NCBI GenBank assembly: GCA_947626885.1
Contig: CANQTX010000006.1
Span: 7,025-71,024 of the forward strand
Length of the DNA stretch: 64,000 bases
Direction: 5' to 3'
Origin: an uncultured Clostridia bacterium
GTDB lineage: Bacteria > Bacillota > Clostridia > TANB77 > CAG-508
Part shown: piece by piece, positions 56,514 to 64,000 of the stretch
Layout: each line of letters opens with the position of its first letter
How positions within the stretch are numbered: the first letter of the stretch is position 1
Position numbers and translations under genes: made by a program
Notes under the pieces: generated by a model
Told to the model about the DNA's origin: nothing
The model's input: only the letters and a program-made list of their open reading frames with translations
The model's database searches: none

Positions 56514-56542
56514 GAATATTATTTGATTTTTTACAAATACTA
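56514..56542 (+). promoter_or_regulatory. possible forespore (sigma-G/F-type) promoter of the ger operon
   Basis: GAATA (56514-56518), a 17-nt spacer, then AATACTA (56536-56542). The Bacillus sigma-G consensus as I recall it is GHATR-N17/18-CATxxTA. This is a weak match. Confidence 0.3.
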
Positions 56543-56571
56543 TCAAAAATTGAAAGTTATAGGAGTCAAAC

Positions 56572-58248
56572 ATGATAAAAGAATTTTTTCATAAAATATT
56601 TTCTTATACAGATAGTGAAAAATACGAATTTATTTTATCAAATACGAATAACAACATTCCAAAAGAAGAATACGAAAAAAAAGATACCACTACTGTATAT
56701 CCAACGTTATCCGTCAATCTTGAATATATAAAAACAAAATACAATTTATTAATTAATACTGATATAAAAACACGTGAATTCGTTCTACCTATCAAATCTA
56801 AAAATTTCTCTGCTTGTTTACTCTATATTGACGGAATGGTTTCAGAAAATGCTATTAACGAATTTATTTTACAACCGCTTCTTTTACGCAATTCTATTAC
56901 TATGCAAGAAAATTCTAATACTACTGCCATCACAAAAAATATTTCTGTTAAACGTGTTAGAAAATTCAACTTAGAAGATTTTATATATAATAGCTTAATT
57001 CCTCAAAATAGCATTACAAAAGAAACTCGATTTTCTCAAATTGTTTCGAATGTTAATAGTGGTTTTTGTGCACTTATTGTTGATACTTTACCCGTTGTTT
57101 TTTGCATTGAAACAAAAGGATTTAAAGGACGCAGTGTTACAGAACCAATTACAGAATCTGTTATCAAGGGATCTCATGAAGGATTTGTTGAGAATATTAG
57201 AACCAATACTTCTATGATTCGAAAAATTATTAATAATGAAAAATTAATTATCGAAGAAGTTTCTGTGGGAAAAATTAGTCAAACAAAAGTAGCTATATGC
57301 TATATGAAAGATATTACCAACGATGATTTAGTAGCAGAAGCAAAATATCGTATTAATCACTTAGATATTGACTTTCTACTTTCTTCTGGACAGCTAGAAC
57401 AATTTATAAAGGATAATGCTAATATGGCTTTTCCCCAAATGATTTCTACTGAACGACCAGATAGAACTTGTCACTATTTATTATCAGGAAGAGTTGCTGT
57501 TTTAGTAAATGGATCTCCTTTTTCCATTATTCTACCAGCTGTACTCATTGATTTGTTAACTTCTGCTGAAGATGCTAACTTAAATTATCATTATGCTAAT
57601 TTTTTAAGATTTATCCGCGCCCTTGCATTATTTTTTGCTTTAACACTTCCTGGTATGTATATTGCTATTACGACTTATCACCATGAATTAATACCATCTG
57701 AACTGCTTTCTGCTATTATTACAGCAAGAGAAGCTATTCCATTTCCTATTATTTTTGAAATTCTCATTATGGAGCTTTCTTTTGAATTAATACAAGAAGC
57801 CAGTATTCGTGTGTCTTCTTCGTTTAGTACAACGGTTGGTATTATTGGAGCACTTATTCTAGGAGAAGCTGCTGTATCTGCTAATATCGTTAGTCCTATA
57901 CTAATTATTATTGTGGCCTTTACAGGAATATCTGGATTTGCTATAACAGATAACACATTACGTTTTGCCATACGTATGTTTCGTTTTATGTATATTGTAC
58001 TCGGATACGCTGCAGGATTTTTAGGTATTACGTTGGGCTTTTATATACACTTTCTTTTATTAGCAAATACTAGCTCATTTGGTGTACCATATTTTGCGCC
58101 TTACATTCCTTTTAGTAATATTACAGAAAATAATAACTTTCACATGAAACCTGTTTGGAAACGTGAAAGAAGAAGTCAATTTTTAAACACTAAAAAACCA
58201 GAAATGGAGAATTCTATTAGTATGAAATGGAGGAAAAATGGACAATAA
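56572..58248 (+). CDS. spore germinant receptor, GerA-family A subunit
   Basis: 558 aa with a soluble N-domain and a C-terminal multi-TM region typical of GerAA/GerKA. AGGAG RBS. Confidence 0.85.
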   Translation: MIKEFFHKIFSYTDSEKYEFILSNTNNNIPKEEYEKKDTTTVYPTLSVNLEYIKTKYNLLINTDIKTREFVLPIKSKNFSACLLYIDGMVSENAINEFILQPLLLRNSITMQENSNTTAITKNISVKRVRKFNLEDFIYNSLIPQNSITKETRFSQIVSNVNSGFCALIVDTLPVVFCIETKGFKGRSVTEPITESVIKGSHEGFVENIRTNTSMIRKIINNEKLIIEEVSVGKISQTKVAICYMKDITNDDLVAEAKYRINHLDIDFLLSSGQLEQFIKDNANMAFPQMISTERPDRTCHYLLSGRVAVLVNGSPFSIILPAVLIDLLTSAEDANLNYHYANFLRFIRALALFFALTLPGMYIAITTYHHELIPSELLSAIITAREAIPFPIIFEILIMELSFELIQEASIRVSSSFSTTVGIIGALILGEAAVSANIVSPILIIIVAFTGISGFAITDNTLRFAIRMFRFMYIVLGYAAGFLGITLGFYIHFLLLANTSSFGVPYFAPYIPFSNITENNNFHMKPVWKRERRSQFLNTKKPEMENSISMKWRKNGQ

Positions 58249-59341
58249 CAATTATATGTTACAAAAATCTGAAGCTATTTGCATTTTTTTAATTATTATG
58301 GCTAACAAATTAATTTTAAATGTTCCTTACTATATTATTTCTCTTGTAGGAACTGGTGCCATCGTAAATGTCATCTATATTGGATTACTAGATTTTGTTT
58401 TTGTATTTGTACTTATCAAATTGTTTGATAAATTTCAAAACTCTGATATTATTGACATTTCTGAATACTTAGGTGGTAAGCCCTTAAAATGGATAATTGG
58501 TATTATTTTTATCGCTGTATTTTTTATTGTTGCCTTTATTACTTTAGTAGATTTTACTAACATTTTGCAAAGAATTTACTTTTCAGATTTCCCTATTATA
58601 TATATTTTATTATTTTTCATTGCTGCCATTTCTATTGCTAATTTATCAGGATTACGTGCTATTTCCCGCACAACTAGCTTCATCGTAGTCTTAACTCTTA
58701 TTAGTATTATCGTTACATTATTTGGTATTTGGGGAGATGTTACTATAGAAAATTTTACCCCTATTTTAGGACACAACCTTCGTACCACTTTTTTAGTAGG
58801 CGCTTCAAATTGCTTTTCTATGTATTTTATCACATATATTTACTTTATCAAACCAGTTTTAAAAGATCCTGTAGGATTTAAGAAAGTCGTTCTTACATCT
58901 TATGGATTATCATGGTTGTTGTTATTATTAACGATTATACCTATTATGACGTTATTTAACATTGACGTTTCCAATGAACCAATAAATGCTTTATATTTAA
59001 TTGCACGAAAAATAGAATTAGGAAACTTTCTTCAAAGAGTTGATGCTTTATTTATTTTTTTATGGATTCTATCCATATTTGCTTACCTAAGTATTGTCAT
59101 TTACTTTATTAATCGAACCATGAAAAAATTAATCAATGTTTCTAATGAAAAAATGTTAACTTTTTCTAATTGTAGTATTCTATTGGGTCTTGCTTTAATT
59201 CCTATTAATATTTCGCATCTTAGGTTTATTGAAAATACTTTCTATCGCTATATGATTCTGATTATTATATTTGGTTTAGGTATGCTCATTATGCTATTAG
59301 CGAATGTAAAATTTAAGTGGAAAGGTAAGAAAAAAGCATGA
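58238..59341 (+). CDS. spore germinant receptor B subunit (APC-superfamily permease-like)
   Basis: 367 aa with about 10 TM helices. It overlaps the A-subunit gene by 11 nt. Confidence 0.8.
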   Translation: MDNNNYMLQKSEAICIFLIIMANKLILNVPYYIISLVGTGAIVNVIYIGLLDFVFVFVLIKLFDKFQNSDIIDISEYLGGKPLKWIIGIIFIAVFFIVAFITLVDFTNILQRIYFSDFPIIYILLFFIAAISIANLSGLRAISRTTSFIVVLTLISIIVTLFGIWGDVTIENFTPILGHNLRTTFLVGASNCFSMYFITYIYFIKPVLKDPVGFKKVVLTSYGLSWLLLLLTIIPIMTLFNIDVSNEPINALYLIARKIELGNFLQRVDALFIFLWILSIFAYLSIVIYFINRTMKKLINVSNEKMLTFSNCSILLGLALIPINISHLRFIENTFYRYMILIIIFGLGMLIMLLANVKFKWKGKKKA

Positions 59342-60486
59342 AAAAAACGTTATGTTTAATGTTAATTGTAACAGTAGGTCTTTTTTCTCTTACTGGTTGT
59401 CAAACTGCCATGGGAATAGATAAATTTTATTATATTATTGCATTAGGTATTGATTTTTCAGAAAATCATTTACTCAAAGTTAGTATTCAAACTACCGATA
59501 ACGGTAGTGGTGAAAGCAATGGTTCCAGTGGCTCAGGAAGTTCACAATCTAGTAATTATAAAATTTATTCAGTAGAAGCTGAAACAATTGATTCTGCTAT
59601 TACAATTCTTAATAACTATTTAAGCAAAAAAGTTAATTTATCTCATTGCTCGGCTTTGGTATTTTCAGAAGAAGTTGCTAGAAGTGGTATATCCCCTTAT
59701 ATATCTGCTCTTAACAATAATACAGAATTAAGACACAGCTGTGAATTTCTAATTAGCTCTGGTTCTGCAACCGATGTTTTAGATATGGTTTCAAAGTCTG
59801 GAGAATCTTTTACTTCAAGGCTATTCGATTATTTAACGACATCAAGTGACTATACAGGCTATAGTATTATTTCCACTTTTGGAACATTCTTTTCAAGCCT
59901 TCAAAACAGTTATAGACAACCTTGCGCAGTTTATACTGAAGTAAAAGATGATATTATTCAAAATTCTGGAATAGCTGTTTTTCGCGATGATACTATGATT
60001 GGCACTTTAAATGTTCTAGATTCCATCTCTCATCTAATGGTTACTAATGCATTAAATACCTGTCAAATTTCTATTGATAGTCCTTTTAAGGAAAATGAAA
60101 AGGCTGATTTACAGCTAAGACTTTATAAAAATACAGACATCTCTTTTGATATGATTAATCATGCACCTTATATAACACTGGATCTTTACCCAGAAGGAAC
60201 CATTATTAGTTCTGGAGAAAGTTTTGATTATACTGACAATAATCATATTAAGAAAATGGAACAAGCAACCAATGATTATATTGAAAATATTATGAAACAA
60301 TATTTATATCGTATTACGAAAGAATATCAATCTGATATAGCTGGCTTTTCTGGAAAATATTCATCTGAATTTTTAACGAAGGATGAATTTGACAATACAC
60401 ATTTTCAAGAGCTATTTAGAGAATCTTTCTTCGAAGTTCATGTGCATACACAAATTAATTCTAGTAATTTGTTTAATAAACAATAA
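59338..60486 (+). CDS. spore germinant receptor C subunit (lipoprotein)
   Basis: Lipobox LFSLTGC at residues 15-21; 382 aa, Ger(x)C-like. ATGA overlap with the B-subunit gene. Confidence 0.8.
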   Translation: MKKTLCLMLIVTVGLFSLTGCQTAMGIDKFYYIIALGIDFSENHLLKVSIQTTDNGSGESNGSSGSGSSQSSNYKIYSVEAETIDSAITILNNYLSKKVNLSHCSALVFSEEVARSGISPYISALNNNTELRHSCEFLISSGSATDVLDMVSKSGESFTSRLFDYLTTSSDYTGYSIISTFGTFFSSLQNSYRQPCAVYTEVKDDIIQNSGIAVFRDDTMIGTLNVLDSISHLMVTNALNTCQISIDSPFKENEKADLQLRLYKNTDISFDMINHAPYITLDLYPEGTIISSGESFDYTDNNHIKKMEQATNDYIENIMKQYLYRITKEYQSDIAGFSGKYSSEFLTKDEFDNTHFQELFRESFFEVHVHTQINSSNLFNKQ

Positions 60487-60500
60487 TGGAAGGAGTTTTT

Positions 60501-60668
60501 ATGAAATATTTTGCCTTTTTGTTAGTATTGCTTACCTTTATAAAAAGTATGTATTATGGAATTTTTGAGTTAAAAGAAAGGAAAAATAAGTCTGCTGCCA
60601 TTTATGTTTTCTGCATCGCGTCTATTGGACTTATTATTCCTTATGCTGTTTTACTAATTTGGTATTAA
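60501..60668 (+). CDS. small two-TM protein (55 aa), fourth ORF of the ger operon
   Basis: MKYFAFLLVLLTFIKSMYYGIFELKERKNKSAAIYVFCIASIGLIIPYAVLLIWY. GGAAGGAG lies 5 nt upstream of the ATG at 60501, immediately after the gerC stop. Confidence 0.5.
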   Translation: MKYFAFLLVLLTFIKSMYYGIFELKERKNKSAAIYVFCIASIGLIIPYAVLLIWY

Positions 60669-60669
60669 T

Positions 60670-61551
60670 TCAGCTCTTCTTCTCTCTTGCCTTTGTATTC
60701 TTCAAAATACTTGTTATGATAATCCCTATTATACCGCACAAAACAAACCATGTTCCGTAATCTGCTATAGTATATAGTATTTCTTTTATAATCGTAGTTA
60801 TCGAATTACTTAATGAAGCTGTTAATACTATCCTATTATCAATATCTATATGACTAAAAACGAATGATTTTCCAATTTTTAATAAAATGCCAGTTGTTAA
60901 TAAGGAAATACTAACAAAACGAATTCCCATAAGAACATCTTTAATATTAAGTAGTATTATAGAAATAAAAACCATTACTAAAAAAAACAGAGGAGCATAT
61001 TTTAAATGCACATATATGGGGATTATTTTATTTAAGGTATCTTTTGCTATTTTAAGACCTGATTCAGAAACATTAAAATTCTTATAATATTCTTTCATCA
61101 TTAAATCTTCAAATTCTTGAACATTTTTTTCTCCTTGTTTATTTAATATTTTTCCCTCCGATACTAAATAATTTTTTATTTTTGTATCTAATTTCTCTTT
61201 AACTTGTTGCTCACTTATTACAATATCTTTATCTTCATATATATAGTCAACAATAGAATTTACATCCGATTGAATCATTTCCTCAGTATATAAATCCTTT
61301 ATCATTTCCTCAGGTAATCCTGACTGATATCTATAGTTTTCAAATGCATTTTGAATTTCTCTTGAAATTTGCAAATAATATTCCGTTTCCTTTAGTTTCT
61401 TTAAGACATATTCTTTGTTTAATATCGTGGTAGATGCTAGATGAAAAACAATAACAACTATTATAATGATAACTAATAAAAAGGATAGTATTAAATTGCT
61501 TATCATGTTAAGAAACTTCATTTCTACTTTTTCTCCTTTTAAAAGATTCAT
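60670..61551 (-). CDS. hypothetical membrane protein (293 aa)
   Basis: One N-terminal TM helix, a ~150-aa extracytoplasmic charged domain and about four C-terminal TM helices. Its start overlaps the sortase stop (ATGA). Confidence 0.5.
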   Translation of the reverse strand: MNLLKGEKVEMKFLNMISNLILSFLLVIIIIVVIVFHLASTTILNKEYVLKKLKETEYYLQISREIQNAFENYRYQSGLPEEMIKDLYTEEMIQSDVNSIVDYIYEDKDIVISEQQVKEKLDTKIKNYLVSEGKILNKQGEKNVQEFEDLMMKEYYKNFNVSESGLKIAKDTLNKIIPIYVHLKYAPLFFLVMVFISIILLNIKDVLMGIRFVSISLLTTGILLKIGKSFVFSHIDIDNRIVLTASLSNSITTIIKEILYTIADYGTWFVLCGIIGIIITSILKNTKAREKKS

Positions 61552-62162
61552 TCTTCTATTAAATTGGCATATACAACATACCTTTGCGATGCATACCCTA
61601 TATTATGAATAGGATAACAAGTATATATCATTAAAATTTCTTTATCTTTTTGTATTGGTACTTCACTTACTTCTGATTCTTGTATAATCTTGGTATCATA
61701 TATTTTGTAAGTAAAATTTCCATAGGTTGTTTCTATTACTATTTCATCTCCTATTTGAGCTTTTGGTAAATTGGCTAAAAACGTTTTAAAATTATGTCCT
61801 GCTAAAATCACGCTTCCTCCCTCCCCTGGAAAATAAGAAGTATTATCATGTGCAATGCCACTTTTTAAAATTGTGTAAGAAGCCCCATAGTAAATGGGTA
61901 AATTAACATCAACACTATCAATTTTTAACGTAGCATATTTACTTCCATAGGTTGGATAATTTATTAAAACACCGTTTTTTAAAACTGGATTAACTAATTC
62001 TACCTCTTCATTTTGAATGGTTATCCTTTTTATAAGACTTGTTGCCATATCAAATTTTTCTTTGCAAGTCTTCATTACTATATAGCAAATAATGGATACA
62101 AATAAAAAAGCAACTATTGTTGATATAATAGTTGCTTTTAAAATTTCAAATATTCTTCTCAT
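61548..62162 (-). CDS. sortase-family transpeptidase (class uncertain)
   Basis: N-terminal TM anchor, catalytic His context VILAGHN, Cys in LMIYTCYP (TLxTC variant) and a downstream Arg (SQRYVVYA). Confidence 0.75.
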   Translation of the reverse strand: MRRIFEILKATIISTIVAFLFVSIICYIVMKTCKEKFDMATSLIKRITIQNEEVELVNPVLKNGVLINYPTYGSKYATLKIDSVDVNLPIYYGASYTILKSGIAHDNTSYFPGEGGSVILAGHNFKTFLANLPKAQIGDEIVIETTYGNFTYKIYDTKIIQESEVSEVPIQKDKEILMIYTCYPIHNIGYASQRYVVYANLIEE

Positions 62163-62378
62163 TTATTGTACTCTTTTTTACTAAAATAGCAATGGCAACT
62201 ATTGCTGAATTTATAAATTGATTCACTTTTTCTCCTTTTCAACTATCTTTCATAACTATTTATAGTTTACCATTTTTTCTATCGTATTATTAAATTTTTT
62301 TCTTCTATTTTTTGTCTATTTTTATATAAAATTGTTTTAAATTTTTGAAAATTTATCTCGAAATTTTCTTAAAATGAC

Positions 62379-62407
62379 TTGCACTTTTTTGGTTTATATG
62401 GTATCAT
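62379..62407 (+). promoter_or_regulatory. possible promoter of tRNA-Trp
   Basis: TTGCAC (62379-62384), a 17-nt spacer ending in TGG, then TATCAT (62402-62407), giving an extended -10, about 20 nt upstream of the tRNA. Confidence 0.45.
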
Positions 62408-62426
62408 TTTTATTGTTAATTTATCT

Positions 62427-62501
62427 AGGGGTATAGTGTTAATGGTAGCACATCGGTCTCCAAAACCGCCTGTGAGGGTTCGAGTCCTTCTACCCCTGCC
62501 A
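62427..62501 (+). tRNA. tRNA-Trp (anticodon CCA), CCA encoded
   Basis: AGGGGTATAGTGTTAATGGTAGCACATCGGTCTCCAAAACCGCCTGTGAGGGTTCGAGTCCTTCTACCCCTGCCA. Acceptor AGGGGTA/TACCCCT, anticodon loop CTCCAAA, T-loop GGTTCGAGTCC. Confidence 0.9.
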
Positions 62502-62504
62502 CCA

Positions 62505-62536
62505 AAAAGCTAGATTTGAATAGATTTCTAGCTTTT
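62505..62536. terminator. bidirectional terminator between tRNA-Trp and the convergent pilin-signal gene
   Basis: AAAAGCTAGA / TCTAGCTTTT: 10-bp arms, 12-nt loop, A/T tracts on both sides. Confidence 0.65.
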
Positions 62537-62563
62537 ATTTCATTCAAGTAAAGCCTCAGAAGT

Positions 62564-64000
62564 CTATTCATTCTCTATTAACCAGCCTGTTTCCGCATTT
62601 CCTTGAATTAGCTTAGCACTTAAAGAAACTACGGGGCGAAGGGCTCGAGTGTCGTTGCCAATAGTGGTGGAAGAGTAGAACATGTGGCTAGCATTCACAT
62701 TACCAAAATCCACAAAGCGCACGCAAAAGTCACAATGGCTCGAGTACGCATGGATACAGCGTGAAGCAACCCAATAAGAATTAAAAGATGTACTTGGAAA
62801 AATAAACTTATAATTTATGTTTGAATCTCCTGTTCCGTTTCCTTGAAATCCACTCTGTAAATCCTCTTTACTTTTAGTCCAATATGTTTGATATGCTTGG
62901 ATGCTTGTGATTGCTTGTACGTATCCGTCTGTTGCTGTAGTATTTGTTACTCCATCTATTAATGTACTAGTACCGTCTCTTGCTGTTAATTCATGCTGGT
63001 CACTTAAGCCTAATCCTTCTGATTTTTCATTTCCATTAATCACACTCTTGTCCTCTAATTCATATATTAGTGGGTATTTACTGTTACTTTGGTCATATGC
63101 ATTGTTTGCCTTTTCTCCATATTTTATTGTATTAGAATATTCATGTGCTGTTTTTAACGCTTCTTCCGTCATTCTTCCCTCTATGTCTTCTATATTAATA
63201 CTTCTTCCTGTAATACCTTTACTTGTATCTCCATATAAACTATTACATGCTTCATTTAGCAATTTTACTCCATTATTATATCCCTGTGCTTCTCCTAAAT
63301 ATACCTTTCCAGTCGTTGGATTCGTTGAGATTAATTCAACCTTTTTTGTTTTTTCATCTATAGAAAATACCTTCCAGTCTGTTACTGTCATATTGTTATT
63401 AGTATTAATTGCTTCCCCAGTGGCATTGCCTTCTCCGCAATATAAATTTCGATCACTTTGACCTTGTCCCAAAGATGAGCAATATTCCGCTCGCCAGGTG
63501 TATTCTCCACTTGGACTGTATGTTACGGTATCTCCAACTTTTAATCCTTCATCTATTGCTGTTGGCTCTGTTTCTCCTTCTATTGTTACGACTCCATTAG
63601 ATTCTATTATGAAGTCTACGTTTGTATTATTATCATCACTTGTGTATGTTCCTGTTATACTCCCATCTTCTTCTCTACTAATATTACTTGCTTGTCCTCC
63701 TGTTAAGTATTGATTATTAAACTTGTTTGCAATTGTGTCAGGTGATAAATATTCACTTTTTATCAAGCTCGTATTCTTTGTCCACTCGTTTAAATAATCT
63801 GTTTCACAACTCGCCCATGCCATTGCTATATCTTCTTGCGCTGTCGCTTTTCGGTTTTCTGTTACCGCTGTACTTGCTTTGGTTATGACACCATTATTCC
63901 CTAGCACTAAACTTATACTCACACCTGCCAAGATTAATAAAACGATTATGGTTACTACCAATGCTACTAATGTGATACCATCTTCTCTTCCTTCGTTTTT
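62564..64000 (-). CDS. large secreted/anchored protein with a prepilin-type N-terminal signal (the extreme N-terminus lies beyond the right window edge)
   Basis: Reading beyond the track ORF start gives ...KNEGREDG/ITLVALVVTIIVLLILAGVSISLVLGNNGVITKA, paralogous to the N-terminus at 23839. The frame is open to position 64000. Markedly GC-richer than the window average. Confidence 0.65.
   Translation of the reverse strand, partial: KNEGREDGITLVALVVTIIVLLILAGVSISLVLGNNGVITKASTAVTENRKATAQEDIAMAWASCETDYLNEWTKNTSLIKSEYLSPDTIANKFNNQYLTGGQASNISREEDGSITGTYTSDDNNTNVDFIIESNGVVTIEGETEPTAIDEGLKVGDTVTYSPSGEYTWRAEYCSSLGQGQSDRNLYCGEGNATGEAINTNNNMTVTDWKVFSIDEKTKKVELISTNPTTGKVYLGEAQGYNNGVKLLNEACNSLYGDTSKGITGRSINIEDIEGRMTEEALKTAHEYSNTIKYGEKANNAYDQSNSKYPLIYELEDKSVINGNEKSEGLGLSDQHELTARDGTSTLIDGVTNTTATDGYVQAITSIQAYQTYWTKSKEDLQSGFQGNGTGDSNINYKFIFPSTSFNSYWVASRCIHAYSSHCDFCVRFVDFGNVNASHMFYSSTTIGNDTRALRPVVSLSAKLIQGNAETGWLIENE

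Noticed and set aside
62163-62260. 26-codon GTG-initiated minus-strand uORF (MNQFINSAIVAIAILVKKSTINEKNI) overlapping the sortase start
   Set aside because: It has an SD-like AGGAG, but it is very short, starts at GTG and overlaps the sortase ATG out of frame. The evidence is insufficient to call it a gene.
62901-63713. Plus-strand ORFs 62901..63461, 63409..63600 and 63498..63713
   Set aside because: These are shadow ORFs on the opposite strand of the GC-richer pilin-signal gene. Long antisense ORFs are expected in the richer-GC stretch, and none has an SD.
1-64000. CRISPR arrays, rRNA genes, IS elements, integrases, prophage or known defence-system genes
   Set aside because: I scanned both strands and the ORF list. 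There are no regularly spaced direct repeats, no rRNA-like segments, and no transposase, integrase, restriction, Cas, retron or toxin-antitoxin signatures I could recognise.

Overview
This is a 64-kb, very AT-rich, gene-dense chromosomal segment from a low-GC endospore-forming Firmicute. The markers are a PolC-type replicase, a T-box leader, spoIVA and a gerA-type germinant-receptor operon; finer taxonomy cannot be read from the sequence. Positions 1-13.3 kb hold a conserved minus-strand housekeeping block: polC (partial), rseP, cdsA, uppS, frr, pyrH, greA, aspS behind a T-box leader, and mltG. Positions 13.5-22 kb hold an nfeD/SPFH pair, a nifS-like desulfurase, kduD, a CDF transporter, a compositionally foreign orphan ORF and clpC. 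At 22.3-24.05 kb lies a frameshifted surface-protein gene (pilin-type signal plus BspA-type leucine-rich repeats), preceded by what looks like an invertible promoter. Positions 24-36 kb carry a two-component system, a permuted-papain-like protein and a five-gene operon of two heterodimeric ABC exporters around a GT-C-like membrane protein. Positions 36-42 kb are an accessory patch ending at tRNA-Leu(UAG): an acetyltransferase, tandem small-membrane-protein paralogs, a GT2, a zinc-ribbon/DUF4352 protein, an RHH protein, an extremely AT-rich transporter-like gene and a HAD hydrolase. Positions 42-51 kb hold a polysaccharide deacetylase, a hydrolase/P-type ATPase operon behind a riboswitch-like leader, mini-ORFs under a consensus promoter, a GC-richer small ORF, an orphan ABC exporter and tmRNA. 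Positions 51-64 kb hold dapA-HD-dapB, spoIVA, a four-ORF ger operon, a sortase, tRNA-Trp and a second pilin-signal protein that is cut by the window edge. I saw no rRNA, CRISPR array, transposase, integrase or recognisable defence system. The best leads are the candidate invertible promoter at 23866-24050, the riboswitch-like leader at 47195-47359, the aspS T-box whose specifier loop has no Asp codon (most likely AAC, Asn), the ABC/GT-C/TCS cluster, and a 34-nt 3' trailer shared by tRNA-Leu and tmRNA. All calls come from reading the sequence and ORF track by eye; no searches were run.
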